This document shows positions 27,545 to 32,451 of a stretch of DNA of 32,451 nt, piece after piece. The notes below the pieces were generated by a model. The model saw only the letters and a program-made list of their open reading frames with translations, was not told the DNA's origin and ran no database searches. Numbering within the stretch: the stretch's first letter is position 1; every line of letters begins with the position of its first letter. Made by a program: the position numbers and the translations under genes. Source of the stretch: Chthonomonadaceae bacterium (GTDB taxonomy: Bacteria > Armatimonadota > Chthonomonadetes > Chthonomonadales > Chthonomonadaceae); NCBI GenBank assembly GCA_035650735.1, contig DASRGZ010000106.1, positions 1-32,451 on the forward strand, read 5' to 3'.

Positions 27545-27783
27545 AAGGTTCTCCTTATTCCAGCTTGAGATAGACCTTCACCTGATCGCCGCAAAGCCGG
27601 TTATATCCCTCCTTAGAGTTAACGGCCTGCGGGAGTAAGTGCGGCGGGCGCAGAGCGTTTGGGCTATTCGCCCTGCGGGAGGGGAAATCCTTGTCAAGGA
27701 GTCCGGCAGGAGCGGGCGCGAACATAAAAGTGATTTTGCCGTGCGAACTGTCTAATTGTTTGGAACCGGAGGGGAGGAGGCGC

Positions 27784-28375
27784 ATGCAGGGCATCAGGGA
27801 ATGGCAGGTGGTGAAGCGGGAGCGGGCGGGCACGGCGGAGGACGCGCTGCTTCAGGCCGGGCGTGCGGGCGATCCGGCGGCGCTGGAGACGCTGCTGGCG
27901 CCGCACGAACGGGCGCTCTATGCGCTGTGTTATGGCGTGCTGGGCCGCGCCGAGGACGCCGAGGATGCCGTCCAGGAGACCTTTCTGCGCGCGTTACGCG
28001 CCCTGCCCGGCTTTCGCGGCAGCGCGAGCGTGCGCACCTGGCTGTTGCGCATTGCCCTCCATATCTGTCTGGATTGGAAAGGGGCACGCCGCCCGGCCCA
28101 ACCCTGGAGCGAAGCGCTGGCCGGTATGGCGGCAGAGGCGGCTTCGCCGGAGGCCCTTGTCGTGCGCTCGCTGCGCGCGCTGGAGGCGCTGCGGGCGCTG
28201 CTGCCGCGCCAGCGGGCGCTTTTGCTGCTGAAGGAAGTGGAAGGCTGGAGCGTGGCCGGAGATCGCCGCCGCCCTGGGCTGGAGCGTCAAGCGGGTGCAG
28301 AACGAACTCTATAAGGCGCGGCTTGCCCTGGCGGAGTGGCGGGAGCGGGAAGCTGAAGAAGGAGACGGGGAATGA
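27784..28375 (+). pseudogene. ECF sigma factor with a +1 frameshift near 28258
   Basis: AEDAVQETFLRA and TWLLRIA motifs. After EGWSVA one extra base shifts the frame; the alternate frame gives EIAAALGWSVKRVQNELYKAR...GE-stop, overlapping the anti-sigma ATG. Confidence 0.85.
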
Positions 28376-28854
28376 ACTGCCGACGCATGGAACGGCTGTT
28401 ATCGAAGCAGCGCGATGGCCTGCTCTCCGCGCGGGAGGCGCGCATCGTCGCCGCGCACCTCGACGGCTGCCCGGCCTGCCGCCGGAGACAGGCGGCGTTT
28501 GGCGCTATCGCGTCGGATCTGCGCCCTCTGGCAGAGCTGGCTCCCTCCACGCCCCTAGCGCGCCGCGCCCTTGCTCGCTGGAGCGCAGAACAGCCGCCGC
28601 GACTTCCGAGGGTACATAGACGGCTCGCGATCCAAGCCGCTGCGCTGGCAATGGCCGCCGTCCTGCTGATAGCCCTCTGCCGTACCGGACGCATCCAACG
28701 CAAGAACGGAGCGGCCCCAGTCGGGGAACAAACCGGCAGCGAGGGCCGGGAACCCAGGATTATCTACGGATCCGGCAACCGTCCGGGAAGTAGCTGGAAA
28801 CGCATTCTCTCCCCGACCGGCGAATCCTTTAATATCCACATTACCCGGCCCTGA
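28372..28854 (+). CDS. Anti-sigma factor, zf-HC2 (ZAS) type, possibly truncated
   Basis: MNC...DGLL...HLDGCPAC, followed by a TM helix; translationally coupled to the ECF gene. Confidence 0.8.
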   Translation: MNCRRMERLLSKQRDGLLSAREARIVAAHLDGCPACRRRQAAFGAIASDLRPLAELAPSTPLARRALARWSAEQPPRLPRVHRRLAIQAAALAMAAVLLIALCRTGRIQRKNGAAPVGEQTGSEGREPRIIYGSGNRPGSSWKRILSPTGESFNIHITRP

Positions 28855-28872
28855 CACGCAAGATTGCTCACC

Positions 28873-28977
28873 CATAAAGATGAGAACTAAGGGGCTACCA
28901 TCGTCGTCTTCAGCGTCTCTATGGCTGTCTCTTCCGTGTAAGCATAAAGATGAGAACTAAGGGGCTACCGTCGTCGT
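28873..28977. repeat. 35-bp direct repeat pair, 35-bp spacer
   Basis: CATAAAGATGAGAACTAAGGGGCTACC(A/G)TCGTCGT at 28873-28907 and 28943-28977. Confidence 0.9.
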
Positions 28978-30681
28978 GGTGTGGGGCAGGTGGCCGAGCA
29001 GGCTATCGCGAATGTGGCCGACGCGCGGCTTGATTAGCTCCAGGTCGTTGAGGTGAAACAGGGGCGCCCAGGGCGCATCCTCAATGGCGATCTGTTCCGC
29101 CTGGTGGTAGAGGGCCATTCGCTTCTGCTGGTTCTGCTCCACATCGGCCTGATCGCAGAGCCGGTCGAATTCCGGGTTGCTGTAGCCGACGCCGTTTTCC
29201 GGGTGGTCGTCCTTGCCGTTGATCTTCTTGCTGGTGTGCAGCATCACGGAGAGGTAGTCCTGCGGGTCCAGATAGTCGGCGCTCCAGCGGATCAGGTAGA
29301 ACGGCAGGGTCTTCTTGCTGCGCTCGTCCAGCAGCGCCGCCCACTCCATCGGACGAAGCTGGATGTCAAGGCCCAGGTTGTTCTTCAATTGGCTGGCGAC
29401 AAGCTGGCAGGTATCCTGCGCCTGCTGCTCGTCCTGTCGGAACGAGAGGGTAAGCGGCGGGAAGCCCTTGCCGCCGGGATAGCCCGCCTTCGCCAGCAGA
29501 TTCCGGGCCTGGGCCGGGTCGTAGGGAAGCAGCTTCGCGGTGGAGGCGTAGCCGGCAAAGCCCGGCGGGACAATGCCTACCGCTACCGGAGACTGGTCCT
29601 TGAGCGCGACCCGAACGATCTCGTTCCTGTCCACCGCCATCGCAAACGCCCGGCGCACGTCCCGCTTGCCGAAAGGCGAGTCGGGCGCGTCCTGGTTGAG
29701 GGCCAGGTACCAGGTGTTGGCGCGGGCGAACTTGTGCAGCTCGCCCGCTAGCTTCGGATCGCTGTTGATGCGGTCGAGGTCGCGCGGAGCGATGACCACG
29801 CGGTCCAACTGGTTCGCTTCATAGTTATTGAGGCGCGTCGTGCCATCGGTGAGGATAGGGCGCTGAATGAAATCCAGTTTCGGCCTGCCGCCGTGATAGT
29901 CGGGGTTGGCCGCGAGGATCACCTGATAGTTGTGCTGGTACTCGGCCAGCTTGAACGGCCCGGTGCCGATAGCCGAGGTCTCATCCACTTTCCCACCGCT
30001 CTTCTCGATGGCCTCCTTGCAGACGACGTAGCCGGTTGGATAGGTCAGCTTGTCCAGCCAGTAGGACTTGGGCGCGTCAATCGTGATTTGGAGCGTATAG
30101 GGGTCGAGTACCTTGACGCCGGAGACCTCCGTGACGCCGGGCTTGCCGGTGATGCGATCCATTGCACCGACGATGTCATTTAGGTAGCTGGAGGCGGTCT
30201 GCGAATGCGTCTCCGGGTCGCAGGCGCGCTCGATGCTGTACTTGAAGTCCGCCGCCGTCACCTCGCGCCCGTTGTGAAACCGGACGCCATGCTTGAGGTG
30301 GAAGGTATAGATCGTGCCGCCTTGACCGACCTCCCATTTCTCGGCCAGGTTGGGAACGACCTCGTTTTTTTCGTTCCACTGCACTAGGCCCTCATAGATC
30401 TGCTGGAGCATGTCTATGGTCATGCCGTCTTCGACGGTGGCGGGGTCGAGCGTGGTCGGCTCGCTGGTGAGCGGATCGCGGAAGGTATTGTCCGTAAGCT
30501 GGATACGGGAGCCGCCGATGGAGGCGCCGCTGGCTTTGCGCCCCATCGTGCAGCCAGACAGGCCGATCAGGAGCGCTAGGCAGCAGACTAGCGCCAGCGC
30601 AGCGTGCGCCTGCCTCCAGGCACGGCGGCGCAAGCGCAAATCCATACGAGCGACGCAGGCAGGGAAACGATCCCTTTTCAC
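28957..30681 (-). CDS. ABC transporter substrate-binding lipoprotein, family 5 (OppA/DppA-like)
   Basis: Lipobox LSGC; TLDPA, IYEGLV, PNLAEKW, GVRFHNG, GTGPFK and WSADYLDP motifs. Start uncertain (30717, 30681 or 30645). Confidence 0.92.
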   Translation of the reverse strand: MKRDRFPACVARMDLRLRRRAWRQAHAALALVCCLALLIGLSGCTMGRKASGASIGGSRIQLTDNTFRDPLTSEPTTLDPATVEDGMTIDMLQQIYEGLVQWNEKNEVVPNLAEKWEVGQGGTIYTFHLKHGVRFHNGREVTAADFKYSIERACDPETHSQTASSYLNDIVGAMDRITGKPGVTEVSGVKVLDPYTLQITIDAPKSYWLDKLTYPTGYVVCKEAIEKSGGKVDETSAIGTGPFKLAEYQHNYQVILAANPDYHGGRPKLDFIQRPILTDGTTRLNNYEANQLDRVVIAPRDLDRINSDPKLAGELHKFARANTWYLALNQDAPDSPFGKRDVRRAFAMAVDRNEIVRVALKDQSPVAVGIVPPGFAGYASTAKLLPYDPAQARNLLAKAGYPGGKGFPPLTLSFRQDEQQAQDTCQLVASQLKNNLGLDIQLRPMEWAALLDERSKKTLPFYLIRWSADYLDPQDYLSVMLHTSKKINGKDDHPENGVGYSNPEFDRLCDQADVEQNQQKRMALYHQAEQIAIEDAPWAPLFHLNDLELIKPRVGHIRDSLLGHLPHTTTTVAP

Positions 30682-30745
30682 GGTTCGACGACTCCTTTCC
30701 AGCAAGAACGCGCCCATGCAGCAGATGATGAGCTACAAGAGGGGG

Positions 30746-30988
30746 TTAGACATCCGTGCTGGATTCTCCTCTTTGAGCCGTCCGCTGCGCCAGTACAGCA
30801 AAGGCGATCTCGCCGGTCTCCAGCATCTTTTGCAGGTAGGGACGGCAGAGACCGCATCCGCTCCCGCAGCCTAGCGCCTCCGTGATCTCGCCGACCGTCT
30901 GCCAGCCGTTCTTCGCGGCCAGCGCCTTGATTTCCGCGAAGGTATGGGGATAGCAGAGGCAGGCTCGGACAGGCTTGCTTTCGGACAT
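30746..30988 (-). CDS. BFD-like [2Fe-2S]-binding protein
   Basis: CLC...GCGSGCGLC four-Cys pattern. Confidence 0.85.
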   Translation of the reverse strand: MSESKPVRACLCYPHTFAEIKALAAKNGWQTVGEITEALGCGSGCGLCRPYLQKMLETGEIAFAVLAQRTAQRGESSTDV

Positions 30989-30995
30989 GGCGGCC

Positions 30996-31763
30996 TCACT
31001 GGCGCGTAAACATGGCATCCGTCACCGCCGTCTGTTTGAGCGCCTTGATGTGCCCATCGGCAAAGACGCCGTCCGCAAGCCCCGGTTCCGTCACGGTCTG
31101 CGCCTGTGCGTCCACGATTCGGCGGCTATCTACGTGCCGAAAATCCATCGTCGGAAGGCCGTACCACTGGCTGGGCGGGTCAATGTAGGGCGTTTCAGTC
31201 ATCTGCCCGTCGCCGCCGTACCAGGGAGCGTTATAGAATCCGGCATCGGCGAACATCAGCTTATCGGCAGGCGCAGAGAGCGAGGCCAGCGTCGCCGGGT
31301 TGCCGGGCATACCGGGCAGGTAGTTGTAAGAGGAATCGTAGCAGTTGTTGATGGCGCAGTCCGAGCCGATATATCCCCAGTTATAGCCGTAGCCGTTGCC
31401 GTCGCCAAACCGGTTTTTGCCCGTCCAACTGGGACATTTTTGAATCTGGCCGTTCTTCATGTAAGGGTAGAGCAGCCCGCCCGTCTTATCGTATTGTCCG
31501 GGTCCGGTCTTACGCCCGAACCAGTAGACGGAGTAGTCGTGGTACTGCGCGAGGGGAAAGGTCTCGTCGTAGTCCTGGATATAGAGCAGAGTAGCCAGTC
31601 CAAGCTGCCGTACATTCGACTGGCAGCTTGCCTGCCGCGCCTTCTCGCGGGCAGCGGCGAAAACCGGGAAGAGCATGGCGGCCAGAATCGCGATGAGCGC
31701 GATGACGACGAGCAACTCGATCAGCGTAAAGCCCTGGTGCGAGGTTGTCCTTGCAGAACGCAT
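30996..31763 (-). CDS. Prepilin-type N-terminal cleavage/methylation protein (DUF1559 / H-X9-DG type)
   Basis: [54 protein letters not shown] and FADGH motifs; AAAGGAG RBS. Confidence 0.92.
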   Translation of the reverse strand: MRSARTTSHQGFTLIELLVVIALIAILAAMLFPVFAAAREKARQASCQSNVRQLGLATLLYIQDYDETFPLAQYHDYSVYWFGRKTGPGQYDKTGGLLYPYMKNGQIQKCPSWTGKNRFGDGNGYGYNWGYIGSDCAINNCYDSSYNYLPGMPGNPATLASLSAPADKLMFADAGFYNAPWYGGDGQMTETPYIDPPSQWYGLPTMDFRHVDSRRIVDAQAQTVTEPGLADGVFADGHIKALKQTAVTDAMFTRQ

Positions 31764-31827
31764 GGAAACGCTCCTTTCTGGATGAGAAATAGGGCTTCAC
31801 GAGGGAGGGGGAGAGAAACGGAGGGCA

Positions 31828-31854
31828 CAAAAAAACCATCCCTGGCAGGATGGT
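31828..31854 (-). terminator. Leader terminator (riboswitch expression platform)
   Basis: Minus strand ACCATCCTGCCAGGGATGGTTTTTTT lies between the aptamer and the start codon. Confidence 0.8.
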
Positions 31855-31942
31855 GTAATGTGCGGGGGCGCGTGCGCGAAAAGACCGAACACGCCTTCCG
31901 TGACCATCACACCCTTTCTCGCGAAGGGCAACCTGTGATGCA

Positions 31943-32060
31943 TCGCAGGCGGGCATTCGGGCTTATCCCTGGAAAAGGGACACACCGCAGCGGGACTGCG
32001 CCGGATTCTCACCGGACTTCCCCCGTCTTTCAGCCGCGTCACGACACGCGGCCACTGCGA
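31943..32060 (-). ncRNA. Cobalamin (B12) riboswitch
   Basis: Minus strand GGGAAGTCCGGTGAGAATCCGGCGCAGTCCCGCTGCGGTG...AAGCCCGAATGCCCGCC, closed by a P1 stem TCGCAG/CTGCGA. Confidence 0.9.
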
Positions 32061-32087
32061 CTATGAACGCTATACGATTGTGCCGCC

Positions 32088-32116
32088 ATTATAGCACGGC
32101 ACGCGCTTCCTGTCAA
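32088..32116 (-). promoter_or_regulatory. Consensus sigma70 promoter
   Basis: TTGACA-N17-TATAAT with an extended TGn. Confidence 0.85.
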
Positions 32117-32171
32117 GCAAAAATAAGCGCAACGGGGCTCCTTCCTTTAGGACGTTTGCTCTTCTCTTTGG

Positions 32172-32248
32172 GCCTGCCTTGACTTTCGCGGCAGGCTAAA
32201 CCCTGCCGCTGTGGGGCGCTTTGCGCCCGTCGCCCACCTACGTGGGCG
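32172..32248. repeat. REP-like palindromic element, family A copy 2
   Basis: Matches 4322-4396. Confidence 0.75.
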
Positions 32249-32249
32249 A

Positions 32250-32335
32250 AACTCTCTGCCTGCGTAGGCAGCAGTACAGAGCGCCCGGAGGCGGAGGAAT
32301 AGATGTCCGCAACTCTCTGCCTGCGTAGGCAGCAG
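32250..32335. repeat. 25-bp palindromic direct repeat pair, 36-bp spacer
   Basis: AACTCTCTGCCTGCGTAGGCAGCAG is identical at 32250-32274 and 32311-32335. Confidence 0.85.
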
Positions 32336-32397
32336 GGCTGCCCCTAGAGAACGATGGTGACGCCCCTGGCGTTGTCAACGGGTATTCTGCCCGCGTC

Positions 32398-32446
32398 GGT
32401 GTCGCAGGGCGGAGGGCCGAATTATTGCAGGCCCGACCCTGGCAGT
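32398..32446 (-). repeat. Second occurrence of the 13.6-kb array units
   Basis: Reverse complement reads ACTGCCAGGGTCGGGCCTGCAAT...CCCTCCGCCCTGCGACACC. Confidence 0.8.
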
Positions 32447-32451
32447 CAGCA

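Noticed and set aside
27715..27757. Autoregulatory ECF promoter
   Set aside because: A GTCTAAT -10-like motif is present, but there is no convincing -35 at the proper spacing.
28873..28977. CRISPR mini-array
   Set aside because: The repeat is the 3' end of a coding gene and is not palindromic; a duplication scar fits better.
30975..32066. 363-aa plus-strand ORF and 81-aa ORF 31797-32042
   Set aside because: The first is antisense to the prepilin gene and both overlap the riboswitch; not credible proteins.

Overview
High-GC bacterial chromosomal window. The gene content (DUF1559-type prepilin-like protein, GT cluster, REP-like palindromes) resembles Armatimonadota-type genomes; this is inference only. 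From left to right: the 3' part of an IS1-family element with its A7C frameshift site; a minus-strand polysaccharide cluster (five GT4, one GT9, one Wzy-like membrane protein) behind a sigma54-type promoter; small membrane/BON genes; a FliA/WhiG-type sigma factor; an MFS nucleoside permease; a VIT-vWA protein; recN; an accessory islet (SnoaL-like gene, mrdA remnant, frameshifted small ORF); mrdA, a 672-aa unknown, SpoIIM-like and M29 aminopeptidase genes; a frameshifted ECF sigma/anti-sigma pair; and a cobalamin-riboswitch-led unit (prepilin-like protein, BFD-like ferredoxin, OppA-like lipoprotein). The non-coding DNA is rich. It holds three near-identical 82-bp MITEs and one 70-bp MITE, all with IS1-like ends and 8-9 bp target duplications. 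It also holds nested REP-like composites, two repeat-spacer-repeat units and a candidate sigma54-dependent small RNA. The best candidates for undescribed biology are the B12-riboswitch prepilin/ferredoxin/SBP unit, the IS1-like MITE families landing in promoters, and the sigma54 sRNA. All calls come from reading the sequence; no database searches were run.
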